Assembly: GCA_002269645.1 (NCBI GenBank)
Contig: NIVC01001747.1
Location: 218,416 to 282,415, forward strand
DNA length: 64,000 nt
Origin: Macrostomum lignano
Taxonomy: Eukaryota
Direction of reading: 5' to 3'
The notes beneath the pieces are model-generated. The model had not been told where the DNA came from. It made no database searches and saw only the letters and a list, made by a program, of their open reading frames with translations. Of this stretch, positions 37,328-50,606 are shown one piece after another. Made by a program: the position numbers and the translations under genes. Position 1 is the first letter of the stretch, and each line of letters begins with the position of its first letter.

Positions 37328-37870
37328 AACCCTCTCCGATCCGCTCCAACCCTATCCGATCCGCTCCAACCCTATCCGATCCGCTCCAACCCTCTCCGAT
37401 CCGCTCCAACCCTCTCCGATCCGCTCCCACCCTCTCCGATCCGCTCCCACCCTCTCCGATCCGCTCCCACCCTCTCCGATCCGCTCCCACCCTCTCTGAT
37501 CCGCTCCAACCCTCTCCGATCCGCTCCCACCCTCTCCGATCCGCTCCCACCCTCTCCGATCCGCTCCCACCCTCTCTGATCCGCTCCAACCCTCTCCGAT
37601 CCGCTCCCACCCTCTCCGATCCGCTCCCACCCTCTCCGATCCGCTCCCACCCTCTCCGATCCGCTCCAACCCTCTCCGATCCGCTCCAACCCTCTCTGAT
37701 CCGCTCCAACCCTTTCCGATCCGCTCCAACCCTCTCCGATCCGCTCCAACCCTTTCCGATCCGCTCCAACCCTCTCCGATCCGCTCCCACCCTCTCCAAT
37801 CCGCTCCCACCCTCTCCAATCCGCTCCCACCCTCTCCAATCCGCCCCAAGCCTTCGCAATCCGATCCGCT
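37328..37870. repeat. 20-bp minisatellite A(A/C)CCTCTCCGATCCGCTCC, related to 35930-36665
   Basis: Tandem units sharing the CCCTCTCCGATCCG core. Confidence 0.95.
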
Positions 37871-38441
37871 CCATACCAATCGATAGCCCACCCCTATTGC
37901 CTTCCTCAACGATGTACATTCTCTTAGTCGCTCTAGCTAATGTACATTATTAGTACAGCAATCGTTTAACGAAGTCAAAGCCACTAAGTGTCTTTCTTTT
38001 TGTTAATAATAGAAAGCTTTCCCACCCCTCAATATTGCCTTTCCTTAGCAATGTACATTCTCTCAGTCACGCTAGCCAATGTACATTAGGACAGCAATCG
38101 ATGTACACGCTTTATCAAGTCTGGATAACGCCACTAAGTGCCTTTTGTTTTTTCTTAACAATAGAAAGCTTTATTAATTATTAATTTATTTAAATCCTGA
38201 GTACTTTACATGCCCCCATTTTGCAAGACAGTTTGAGAAGTTTCTTAATCTATTTTTATTGCATTTCTAAATGTCTATGGTTGAAATTACAATACTGTGT
38301 GTGTATTTTTAGTTAAAAAACTACCTTTAAAACTGTATATTGTATTTAACTCGTAAAACCTGCTACTCGTTGGCGGTGGCTAGGCAACTTATACTGGTTG
38401 AAGTTAGAACAAGAAGACTAAGCATACAGAATTTAACAACA

Positions 38442-41400
38442 ATGTCAATAAGCGAATTAAAAGCATTAAGCACAATTGACGGATGTCAATCAAATTACTG
38501 CAACAATTGTCGTTGCAGGCTACAGACTCTGGTTAAACTGCGAGATTTTAGCTATGACAGGTGAGCAAGTATCAGGCCGGTCTTGGGTGCATTTATAGTT
38601 ACCTGTCACCTGTTAGATAGATGATGTTAATTGTTAGACATCTACTGTCAGCTGTTAGACATCTACTGTCACCTGTTAGACATCTACTGTCACCTGTTAG
38701 ACAGATGCTGTCACCTATTAGACAGATGCTGTCACCTATTAGACAGATACTGTCACCCATTAGACAGATGCTGTCACCCATTAGACAGATGCTGTCACCC
38801 ATTAGACAGATGCTGTCACCTGTTAGACAGATGCTGTCACCCATTAGACAGATGCTGTCACCCATTAGACAGATGCTGTCACCCATTAGACAGATGCTGT
38901 CACCCATTAGACAGATGCTGTCATCTGTTACATATGAAATCAAACCCAACCCCACCCCTAACGCAGCACAACAAGCAGCTTCATTAGCAACAGCATTTCA
39001 AACAGTCCATCGAATCTTTCACTGACCGAAAGTGCATTGGAGTCGGCATTTTGCAAATTCTGCGATCAGAGCTCCGGTAAGATATATTCCGATGGGCTTG
39101 CGTGTGCAGTTGCTATGTTCGGGAAAGTTTTATGGATTTACGGTGCTATTCATGCGCTAGATACACTCTGTTAGATACAATTGTATGTTAGAAAAACTTA
39201 CCTGTTATAAGATACACTCACCTGTTAGATAAACTCACCTGTTAGATATATTCACCTGATAGATACATTCACCTGATAGATACACTGACCTGTTAGACAC
39301 ACTGACCTGTTAGACACACTGACCTGTTAGACACGCTCACCTGTTAGACACATTGACCTGTTAGACACACTGACCTGTTAGACACGCTCACTTGTTAGAC
39401 ACACTGACCTGTTAGACACACTCACCTGTTAGACACATTGACCTGTTAGACACACTGACCTGTTAGACACGCTCACTTGTTAGACACACTCACCTGTTAG
39501 ATACGCTCACCTGTTAGACACACTGACCTGTTAGACACACTCACCTGTTAGACACATTGACCTGTTAGACACACTGACCTGTTAGACACGTTCACTTGTT
39601 AGACACACTCACCTGTTAGATACGCTCACCTGTTAGACACACTCACCTGTTAGACACACTTACCTGTTAGACACACTGACCTGTTAGACACGCTCACCTG
39701 TTAGACACATTGACCTGTTAGATACGCTCACCTGTTAGACACACTGACCTGTTAGACACACTCACCTGTTAGACACATTGACCTGTTAGACACACTGACC
39801 TGTTAGACACACTTACCTGTTAGACACACTTACCTGTTAGACACACTCACCTGTTAGACACACTTACCTGTTAGACACAATCACCTGGTAGACACGCTCA
39901 CTTGTTAAGATACACTCACCCGTTAGATACACTCACCTGTTAGACACGCTCACCTGTTAGATACACTCACCTGTTAGACACACTCACCTGTTAAACACAC
40001 CCGCCTGTTAGACACACTCACCTGTTAAACACACCCGCCTGTTAGACACACTCACCTGTTAGACACACTCACCTGTTAAACACACCCGCCTGTTAGATAC
40101 ACTCACCTGTTAGACACGCTCACCTGTTAGACACACCCACCTGTTTCAGACCGTCACCTGTTACAAGCTGCAGCCCTCACCAATCCGATGGTGGAATCCA
40201 GAGCAGCCACAATATCAGCTTACCGACTACTCAATAGCGAGGAAAACTGGTCAAATTCGAACTGCGAATTCGACTCGGACTCGAATGCCAGACTGAACAT
40301 TCGCAACAGCAGCAGCAGCACTCGCAGCGAACACAGCTCCGAGCAGGTTGCCAAGGCTTATCGCGAGGCTGACCAGCCTCTCCTAACCTTGGATTTCGGC
40401 TTGCAAAACTCTGTTAAAGCCTCCGTGAGGGTGGCTTCACCGGTTGAAGCCACTCACTGTTCTCGTAGCGCGTCACCCTGCGGAGGCTGCTCAAGGACTT
40501 CTGGCAGCGATTCTGGATCACGTTAGTGATGCCTCACTTGTGTTTCGATCTTAGCTGGCTATAAATTAATAATATGCAAAAATTCTATTCTTCATTGCTT
40601 TCGTGACAGCCGTCAGGAAGTCTCCAGAGTTGCCAGTTGAAATGGAAATGTTCGGTCCATACAATGGTGACTACAATTCAGGTAATTATCGGGGTACCAC
40701 CTGTTGTTTGACATCTTTAGTAAGAATAATACTACTAATACTTGTAATGACGTCACAAAAGGCAACAACAAGAATGGCGCCAGGTAAAGGCGCTAGATCA
40801 ATGTGCCAATAAGAATGGCGCCAGATAAAAGCGCCAATAGGAATGGCGCCAGATTAAGGCGCCGATAAGAATGGCGCCAGATAAAAATGCTAATTAAAAT
40901 AGCGCCAGATAAAAGCGCCGTAAAGAATGGCGCCAGATAAAAGCGCCGTAAAGAATGGCGCCAGTTAAACCGCTGATAAGAATGGCGCCAGATTAAGGTG
41001 CCAATAAGAATGACGCCAGATTAAAGCGCCACTAAGCATGGCGCCAGATTGGGGCGCAAAGAAAATTGGCGCTAGATTAGAGCGCCAATAAGAATGGCGC
41101 CAGATAGACATGCAAATAAGAATGGCGCCAGGTTAAAGCGCCAATAAGCATGGCGCCAGATTGAGGCGCGAAGAAAATTGGCGCTAGATTAGAGCGCCAA
41201 TAAGAATGGCGCCAGATAGACGTGCAAATAAGAATGGCGCCTGGTTAAAGCGCCAATAAGAATGGCGCCAGATTGAGGCGCGAAGAAAAATGGCGCTAGA
41301 TTAAAGCGCCAATAATAATGGCGCCAGATTAAGGCGCCAATAAGAATGGCGCCCATCCAACCCGCAGCGGAGAGTCAGACGCGCCTTGAGCGCAGTTACA

Positions 41401-44232
41401 ACATCAAGCTACAGCCGGCGGTTAAGCTCCACAGGACCATCGCGGACCCCCTGCCCGGGCAGCTCGACATGCGGCAGGTGCGACACAATTTCAAACTCGT
41501 GAAGCTGCGGCAGCATCCGATGCAGCTGGACGCTGAAGGTCGGAGGCTGGAGGATGTTGGCGTAAGCAGGCTGGACCATGTGAGTGGCTGATTTCCTTGG
41601 AAATTGCTGTTGTGTGCATTAAATCCTCGTGAAATTATCCCATCCTAGAATTATCCCATCCTAGATTTATCCCCACATAGAATTATCCCATTCTAGAATT
41701 ATCCCTTCCTAGATTTATCCCAACCTAGAATTATACCATCCTAGAATTATTCAACCCTAGGTAGAATTATCCCATCCTAATCTTAGAGTCATCCAATCTT
41801 AGAATGATCCCATCCTAGAATTAGAATATCTCAATATAGAACTATTTCAATATAGAATTATCCCATCCTAGAATTATCCCATCCTAGAATTATCCCATCG
41901 TAGAATTATCCCATCCTAGAATTATCCCATCGTAGAATTATCCCATCCTAGAATTATCCCATCCTAGAATTGTCGCGTTCTAGAAATATTAAATTCTAGC
42001 ATTATTTCATCCTATAATAACTAGAATGATCCCACTCTAGTATGATCCCATTAAATTACGATAAAAAACTGCCCGTAGATCCTCAACCGGCGCCTTGTGC
42101 AGCTGCACAAAAACTCGCTGATAAAAGACGGCGGAAAAAGGCCGGACTCAGAGCTGAGCACCTCTGCCGCCTACCCCGAGTGGCTCAGCTTCCAGCTGCG
42201 AATAATGAAGACATTCGCCGCCACACGTTGGATGCTGTTTGTAGCTCAGCGAAAGAAGCTGCGCTCCTCTGAACCCGATAATATTGAACGGCGGGCCAAC
42301 GTTCGAGTGAGCAAATTAATGGAATGCGATTCCTTGTTTGACTTGATCACGTGGACTGTCTGACTCATTCAAACACTGTCTGACTCATTCACATTCACTG
42401 TCTGACTCATTCTCATTCACACTCACTTCACTGTCTAACACATTCACACAATTTTTGACTCATTTACATTCACTTTCTGACTCATTCACACACTGACTGA
42501 CTCATTCACACACTGACTGACTCATTCACACACTGACTGACTCATTCACACACTGACTGACTCATTCACACACTGTCTGACTCATTAAAAATCTGTCTGA
42601 TTAATTCACAAGCTGTCTGACTCGTTCAGCCACCAGCTGACTCATTCACAGGTTGTCATAAATTTGAGAGTGCCTTATTAGTTTGCAAGCAACGTTTCTG
42701 TAATTTTACTATCATCAGTCTAACTGTAATTATTTTCAGATCACTACTCATACAAATCTATCTAGATATTACGAGCGTAGTTTTCAATTTTAAATTACAG
42801 TCTTCACATTTCCTCCTCTTTAATATGTAGGAGTCGCACAAGTACAATCCGAAGTACATTGACGTTTGGTCTACCAGCGTGTCAGTGTCCGTAAAGGATG
42901 GCAGTTTACTACGAGACGCAATTGATCCTGCTTTCGCTCGCGTGGGTCTTGACAAAAGGTCGGATTTTCGCTACAGTGTGGGCTGCTTTCTGGGAGACAA
43001 GCGGCAGAGTGGACCGAATAGCAGCCAGCTGATTGGTGGGTAATCTTTGAACCCTCACTGAGGCAAACCTAAACTACAGCCCTCACACGGGCCAATAAAA
43101 CACACCCCTCACACGGGCCAATAAAACAACACCCTCACCCAGGCCAATTAAACCACACCCCTCACCCAGGCCAATCAAACCACACCCCTCACCCAGGCCA
43201 ATTAAACCACACCCCTCACCCAGCCCAATCAAACCACACCCCTCACCCAAGCCAATTAAACCACACCCGTCACTTAGGTCAATTAAACCACACCCCTCCC
43301 ACAGGCCAATTAAACCACACCCGTCACTTAGGTCAATGAAACCACACCCCTCACCCAGGCCAATTAAACCACACCCCTCACCCAGGCCAATTAAACCACA
43401 CCCCTCGCCCAGGCCAATTAAACCACACCCCTCCCACAGGCCAATTAAACCACACCCGTCACTTAGGTCAATGAAACCACACCCCTCACCCAGGCCAATT
43501 AAACCACACCCCTCACCCAGGCCAATTAAACCACACCCCTCACCCAGGCCAATTAAACCACACCCCTCACCCAGGCCAATTAAACCACACCCCTCACCCA
43601 GGCCAATTAAACCACACCCCTCCCACAGGCCAATTAAACCACACCCGTCACTTAGGTCAATGAAACCACACCCCTCACCCAGGCCAATTAAACCACACCC
43701 CTCACCCAGGCCAATTAAACCACACCCCTCGCCCAGGCTAATCAAACCACACCCCTCACCCAGGCCAATTAAACCACACCCCTCACCCAGGCCAATTAAA
43801 CCACACCCCTCACCTAAGCCAATTAAACCACACCCTTCACCCAGGCCAATTAAACCACACCCGTCACTTAGGTCAATGAAACCACACCCCTCACCCAGGC
43901 CAATTAAACCAAACCCGTCAATCAATGCAAGTAAACCGCTTCATACCAACAGGCATTTAATCGGACCGTACTTAGTACTCAGGCTTTTGTCTGGTCAACT
44001 GACTCAATTTTTAACTTCTCTATCCGCAGTTCCGGTCGAAGTATTCCCTTCTACACCAGTTCGAGACCTCTACCGCATGAACGCATCCGAGATATTTCTA
44101 AACGACAACAAATTGATTCTGTTCGACGGCCTCCCAGAATCTGTGCACGGCTACCCTGGCTGGGGCAAAGATTTTAGGAAAGAAGAACCGAAACCAGCTG
44201 TGAAAAAGAAGGGCTGCTGCTCGTGTCGTTAA
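38442..44232 (+). CDS. Uncharacterised ~506-aa protein, paralogue B of the head-to-head pair
   Basis: Exons 38442-38560, 38967-39076, 40150-40521, 40610-40681, 41368-41579, 42079-42306, 42831-43035, 44030-44232. Phases 2,1,1,1,0,0,1 all join; total 1521 nt. The last four exons are homologous to paralogue A. Ends KKKGCCSCR*. Confidence 0.82.
38600..38930. repeat. 21-bp minisatellite GTCACC(C/T)(A/G)TTAGACAGATGCT
   Basis: Tandem units in intron 1 of paralogue B. Confidence 0.93.
39195..40145. repeat. 17-bp minisatellite (C/G)ACCTGTTAGACACACT
   Basis: About 55 units running up to the acceptor at 40149. Confidence 0.95.
40770..41352. repeat. ~28-bp degenerate minisatellite AAGAATGGCGCCAGATTAAAGCGCCAAT
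   Basis: Tandem units. Confidence 0.9.
41630..41995. repeat. 16-bp minisatellite CTAGAATTATCCCATC
   Basis: Degenerate tandem units. Confidence 0.88.
42355..42650. repeat. ACTGACTCATTCACAC minisatellite
   Basis: Degenerate tandem units. Confidence 0.85.
43085..43920. repeat. 27-bp minisatellite AGGCCAATTAAACCACACCCCTCACCC
   Basis: About 30 units in the last intron of paralogue B. Confidence 0.96.
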
Positions 44233-44894
44233 TTAACTCGTATTAGCTAGAAAATTTGCTAAAAGTTACTACATGTAAGAGTCCTGCAAGTAGGCAACTT
44301 GTGTATAGTCCTACTAACAGTAATACAATTTGAATTTTTTCTACATACACTCATACGCAACTCTCATACTTACAAGTTACAAGACTTCACTGGCGGCATC
44401 AATAAAATCGTATAGCCTTTTTATTTTGTTAAAAATAAGCCTAGCAGAGCTGAAAACGATGAGTTCTTACTGAGTTCATTTTTTGTGGAGTTTTAAAGAA
44501 TTTTCTGTGGTTTTGCTTGGGTAATTTATCCACTAAAGTATTCCATGTAAGACATTTATAAGAAATTATCAACGCTTTTTGCGGCGAAGTGCTCCGAAAA
44601 AATGCAACAATCTTTTCCCTATGTTAGACCTAACTGCAGGCTTATTTTTCTAATTTCCCAATTTATAATTTAATGGCAACAGATCAAGTTGGACTTTTAT
44701 TATTCTTTGATTGTTGATTACTCCATTTTTCTGGCACATCGGTTGCGATAAATATCAAATAAATGTTTGTACGCTTTGGCCATTGACTAAACACTCGGAA
44801 TCGGTCGCAATAATTGGAGAAGAATGGAAGAAGAGTTATTCTAAACTCGTACACCGCACATTCAGGACAATTACGAGCGTACTCGTAAACAGCA

Positions 44895-45355
44895 CACCTC
44901 ACCTCACCCCGCAACCCACACACCTAACCCCTCACCCCAACCCTCACCCCGATCATCCCTTGTCCCTCATTCCTCACCCCACACCCATCACCCCACACCC
45001 CTTACCCTCACCCCTCATCCCACACCCCTCACCCCTCACCCCACACCCCTTACCCTCACCCGTCACCCCTCATCCTCACCCTCACCCCTCATCCTCACCC
45101 TCACCCCTCATCCCACACCCCTCACCCCTCACCCCACACCCCTCACCCCACACCCCTCACCCCACACCCCACACCCCTCACCCCACACCCCACACCCCTC
45201 ACCCCACACCCCTTACCCTCACCCCTCACCCCTCATCCTCACCCTCACCCCTCATCCCACACCCCTCACCCCTCACCCCTCACCCCACACCCCTTACCCC
45301 TTACCCTCACCCGTCACCCGTCACCCTCAACCCTGCCCTCTCACCCCTCACCCTC
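44895..45355. repeat. C-rich CCTCACC/CACCCCA repeat
   Basis: Low-complexity 7-mer-based tract. Confidence 0.9.
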
Positions 45356-45854
45356 TCCGGGCCAAGTAAACCAAGTAACCCATAGTAGTTTTTGGTCACT
45401 GTCTATTCTAAGAAATTTAGATCTAATTTAATTCAATTTTGGCATTCTGAAATTGTGAAAGATTCTAGAATTTTCTACGAGCTACATACCCTTTGCGTAC
45501 AGTTAAACAGAAGTTTAACAGTCCAATCTATGACGCTACTGAAGATCCCGTAGCAATTAATTTAGTGCTCACTCGTTTGTTCCCATTGAGTAATTAGTAT
45601 GTAGTTATTAAAGCAGCCCATGAGTCATAGACCATAAACTCGCGCTGTCTCTCTTTCTCCACTCCAGATGCTATTTATAGAACTCCCCGGCCAAGGCCCA
45701 AGCGTCGCGTCTGTGGTAAAAATCAATCCCAATGCATATATAAAACTAGAGCTTGACATGTTTTTCATGATAGCTTGGCTCCGTACGTGATTGCTAAATT
45801 ATCCTACTAACTTATAGAAGCCAAATTAATTGTAGCATTTCACCACCCAACGAA

Positions 45855-48800
45855 ATGCCACCAACTAATCCTCAGAAGCAGGCCTATTTAACCGTGAGGG
45901 TTAAGATGCCGGTTGATGAAGCTGAACGGATGCTGGACTCAACAGTTGAAGCCGTGGCCAACTCTGGCGCCAGCGAAAGCGGCGACTGCGGCAGCCGCAG
46001 CCTCCTGACCAGCTCGGATCGAATACTTGGCCAGCCGAACTCTGAACCAATGATTGATTTTCGAGCTCACGACCTGTTCTATCTGGCAGTGCAGTATGTG
46101 CCCGTGAAAGGTCGGCCGCACCTGTAAGTGAAGTTTCGTATCCTGAAAGTACATTGCCGCACAACTAGCGCTGAATCTTAAGCGCCTTAGAAGGGCCATA
46201 GTGTTCACAGGCACGCCCCCGGTCAATTTAAGGTGAGGGGTTGTAAGCCCAGTGGTCAGAGCGTCAGACTCACGACTCACGACGGTCGGGGGTTCGATTC
46301 TCGATCCACTCGGAACAATTTGTGTCCTTGAGCAAGACACTTGACTCTGCATTGCTTCAGTTCACTCAGCTGTAAAATGGGTGCCAGCATTAGCTGGGGT
46401 AATTGAGGGTGTGTGGCGACCCTCCCAGTCCTTGGACTGAACAGCCGTACGCAGCCTTCAGATGCGCCTCGCAATAGCTGCGGCTGAGCTGTCGGTTGCA
46501 CATCTGCCCATTGGGGCAAGTATAATCAATAATAATTATTAGTATTAAGGTGTCAAATGGAGCTCAAAAGCGTTAGTTAAAGTACATGAACTTCAGAAGG
46601 CGCAAGATGCACTAAAAATGTGCACATGGCCTTACTATAAACAATTTCAGCTTATTTCAAAAATACCTGATGGTCTCCAAAAAGCAGACTGAGCAGCAAA
46701 CGCAGAAGCAGCAGCAACCGAATTCTGAAGAAGCATTGTTGCCAATTGACAAACTGTTGACAATAATCGATATGAAAATTTATCGCAGCAGCAACCGGGA
46801 ATTGATTGGCAGTCTGTCCCGTTGCGTTGAACTTCCCAACGCTCTGCCCAGTCTGCGAGTGCCCGGACTGACTCGAAGTGTTGAAACTGCAGCGGCTGGC
46901 GCTTCTAGCAGTGTGTTCTCGCTGGCTAACATTGTGACCGAGCGACTGGTGCAGGAGGCGAACAGTACAGCCGTTGGGGTGTGTGCCACTGTCTCTTAGG
47001 TGACCGCCCCTGTCTCTTAGGTGACCACCTCTGTCTCTTAGGTGACCGCGCCTGTCTCTTAGGTGACCACCCCTGTCTCTTAGGTGACCACCCCTGTCTC
47101 TTAGGTGACCGCCCGGCCCTGTCTCGTAGGTGACCATCTCTGTCTCTTAGGTGACCGCCCTTGTCTCTTAGGTGACCACCCCTGTCTCTTAGGTGACCAC
47201 CCCTGTCTCTTAGGTGACCGCCCTTGTCTCTTAGGTGACCACCCCTGTCTCTTAGGTGACCGCCCTTGTCTCTTAGGTGACCGCGCCTGTCTCTTAGGTG
47301 ACCACCCCTGTCTCTTAGGTGACCACCCCTGTCTCTTAGGTGACCGCCCGGCCCTGTCTCTTAGGTGACCATCTCTGTCTCTTAGGTGACCGCCCTTGTC
47401 TCTTAGGTGACCGCCCTTGTCTCTTAGGTGACCACCCCTGTCTCTTAGGTGACCGCCCTTGTCTCTTAGGTGACCGCCCAGCCCTGTCTCTTAGGTGACC
47501 ACCCCTGTCTCTTAGGTGACCGCCCCTGTCTCTTAAGTGACCGCCCCTGTCTCTTAGGTGACCGCCCCTGTCTCTTAGGTGACCGCCATTGTCTCCTAAG
47601 TGACCGCCCCTGTCTCTTAGGTGACCACCCCTGTCTCTTAGGTGACCGCCCTTGTCTCTTAGGTGACCGCCCGGCTCTGTCTCTTAGGTGACCGCCCGGC
47701 CCTGTCTCTTAGGTGACCACCCCTGTCTCTTAGGTGACCGCCCTTGTCTCTTAGGTGACCACCCCTGTCTCTTAGGTGACCACCCCTGTCTCTTAGGTGA
47801 CCACCCCTGTCTCTTAGGTGACCATCTCTGTCTCTTAGGTGACCGCCCTTGTCTCTTAGGTGACCACCCCTGTCTCTTAGGTGACCACCCCTGTCTCTTA
47901 GGTGACCACCCTTGTCTCTTAGGTGACCGCCCGGCTCTGTCTCTTAGGTGACCGCCCGGCCCTGTCTCTTAGGTGACCACCCCTGTCTCTTAGGTGACCG
48001 CCCGGCCCTGTCTCTTAGGTGACCACCCCTGTCTCTTAGGTGACCATCTCTGTCTCTTAGGTGACCGCCCTTGTCTCTTAGGTGACCACCCCTGTCTCTT
48101 AGGTGACCACCCCTGTCTCTTAGGTGACCATCTCTGTCTCTTAGGTGACCGCCCTTGTCTCTTAGGTGACCACCCCTGTCTCTTAGGTGACCGCCCCTGT
48201 CTCTTAGGTGACCGCCATTGTCTCTTAAGTGACCGCCCCTGTCTCTTAGGTGACCACCCCTGTCTCTTAGGTGACCGCCATTGTCTCCTAAGTGACCGCC
48301 CCTGTCTCTTAGGTGACCGCCCCTGTCTCTTAAGTGACCGCCCCTGTCTCTTAGGTGACCGCCGCTGTCTCTTCGGTGGGCACCTTTTCTCTTGATAGGT
48401 ATGTAAACTCGTTAATACCCTGTTCAAGGGGTTGGTAACTAGAAAACTTCCATAAAAGTGTCTCTAGACCATATTGATCATGCAGGAGTATTTTAAGAGT
48501 AGGACTGTGTCTCTAGACTACGAGTGTCTTTCGACAATAGACTACGAGTGTCTCGAGACCATAGAACAAGGAGTGTCCTTAGACTATAGATTAGGAGTGT
48601 CTATAGATCATAGATCAGTAGTGTCTCTAGACTACAGAACAGGAGTGTCTCTAGACCATAGATCAGGACTGTCTCTAGATCATAGAGCAGAAGTTTATCA
48701 GAGCAGAAGCGTCTTATGAAGCTTCCCTGTTCTTAGAGTTCTTAGATAGTTTAAGAACTGACACAGTGTATCAATTAACAATAATTCCCGTAATTATCCC

Positions 48801-49114
48801 CTCAAAAGATCCCCGGCTTCCATTCAATCTTCTTCGGCGTGTACAGTGTCCACCCTGGCGGCAAGTTTCGACTTGTGTCGCGTCGAGTCCAACCAATCAG
48901 CAACAGTGACGCAGTCGGCGACTTCCTTGCCGAGGGTCTGATCACCACGGACCATCGCACGGAGACCTGGACTGAGCCCAACCAGCTTCACCTGGTCTTC
49001 CCGGCTCCTCCGATTGCCACCAGACGGGAGAGTCTTCTGCGCCAGAAGTTGCAACAACAGCAACAGCAAAAGCAACAGTTTCAAGCGTCGAGACTGCAGC
49101 AACCAATGAAGTAG
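45855..49114 (+). CDS. Uncharacterised ~300-aa protein (3 coding exons)
   Basis: Exons 45855-46123 (CT|GTAAG), 46651-46978 and 48809-49114 join in frame (903 nt), with a Gln-rich C-terminus. The exon-2 donor is weak (GGG|GTGTGT). No family recognised. Confidence 0.6.
46237..46540 (+). mobile_element. tRNA-derived CORE-like SINE, independent insertion in intron 1
   Basis: Aligns end to end with 5804-6098 with scattered substitutions; B box GGTTCGATTC; TAAT-rich tail. Confidence 0.88.
46990..48372. repeat. 21-bp minisatellite TAGGTGACC(A/G)CCCCTGTCTCT
   Basis: About 63 units beginning just after the exon-2 donor. Confidence 0.97.
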
Positions 49115-49924
49115 TTAAGACAAATGCGATTGAACTGACGTGCAATAACGGTACGGTTTTTCCCCGCAAAGTTTTTGATTTAAAAAAACTCATTTAAAAA
49201 TGTTTTTTGTTACATTTTTTTATAAAAATGATACTGAGTACTTTTATTGAATATGTCCAGAGACAGAGAGAGAAAAGTGCCGCTAAACTATGCTTTAAAT
49301 AGATTCTAATGCACTTTTCTGCCGAAACTCAGAAAGGACGTAATGTCCTTTGTTGCCTTGCTTTGTGAACAAAATTGCTTAATTTTTACTGCTGGGAAAA
49401 CGCTTACATCTTTACTGTAAGTAGAAATGTACAAAAATTGTAGCATCTTTTCTCATTGTTTTGAAAGAAAGGGAAACTGTTTGCTTTTAAAAAGAAAACT
49501 CCAATCAGATTCTAATATCGACTTAATTTTCGATTTATTTACAAATTTTTTGTTAAAACTATGTTAGCTAAAAACGAGAGTGGCTGTTGGAAAAAAGAAT
49601 TAATGCTAAGTCAACATGAGATTATAAGATATAGTAATGAAAATATTTTGCTCTGAAATGCAAAACCTGACAAGATGTAGAAATAATAATGCGATCTGCT
49701 TTGCAGTGAAAATCAGCTAAATTAATATTGAAAATTTACAATAGCAACGGGTATTGTTCGAACCCGGTCGGAACTCAGTATGTTATCTAAGAAGAATTCA
49801 AGGTGCTGCATGTACTTTTAAATAAAAACTAACTAAAAGTCAAACATAACAAGCAAGAAATATTTGTTTTCGGCAATTCTTGTCTTAAGCGCTAAACCGT
49901 GAGCAAACCCAATTATTAGAGAGC

Positions 49925-50296
49925 CAGGTGCCAGAGTGGCGCCAACCCAGGTGTCAGAGTAGCACCACCCCAAGTGTCAGAGTGGCACCACCCAGGTGTC
50001 AGAGTAGCACCAACCCAGGTGTCAGAGTAGCACCAACCCAGGTGTCAGAGTGGCACCAACCCAGGTATCAGGGAGGTGCCAAGCCAGGTGTCAGGGTGGC
50101 ACCAACCCAGGTGTCAGAGTGGCACCAGCCTAGGTGTCAGAGTGGCACCAGCCCAGGTGTCAGAGTGGCACCAGCCCAGGTGTCAGAGTGGCACCAGCCC
50201 AGGTGTCAGAGTGGCACCAACCCAGGTGTCAGGGTGGCACCAGCCCAGGTGTCAGAGTGGCACCAACCCAGGTGTCAGGTGTCAGGGTGGCGCCAA
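49925..50296. repeat. ~20-bp minisatellite CCAGGTGTCAGAGTGGCACCA(A/G)C
   Basis: Tandem units. Confidence 0.93.
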
Positions 50297-50606
50297 GTAA
50301 AAATAAATAAAGCACTAATACTAATAAAGAAACCAAACTACGAACTAATAAAGAAACCGTTTATAAAGTACAGATGGTACTTTGGGCTGTTATTACACGG
50401 TGTCTAATACATAATTTTCATAGTTTAGACCCATATGTCTGATAAAAATGACAGATTCAAAGCTAAAAATAATAATTCGTCCTTTTACTTCATCGCGAAA
50501 TGGTCCGGGGCCATCAAAATTCCAAATTACGATGCATTTCGATAGTATAATAAGTAAAAAAATAAGTCAGGCATCCAAAGTTTTGTACTTGTAGAAGCTC
50601 ACTAAA

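Noticed and set aside
43083-44232. ORFs 43083-43925 (-) and 43336-44232 (+)
   Set aside because: 27-bp array translation; only 44030-44232 is a real exon.
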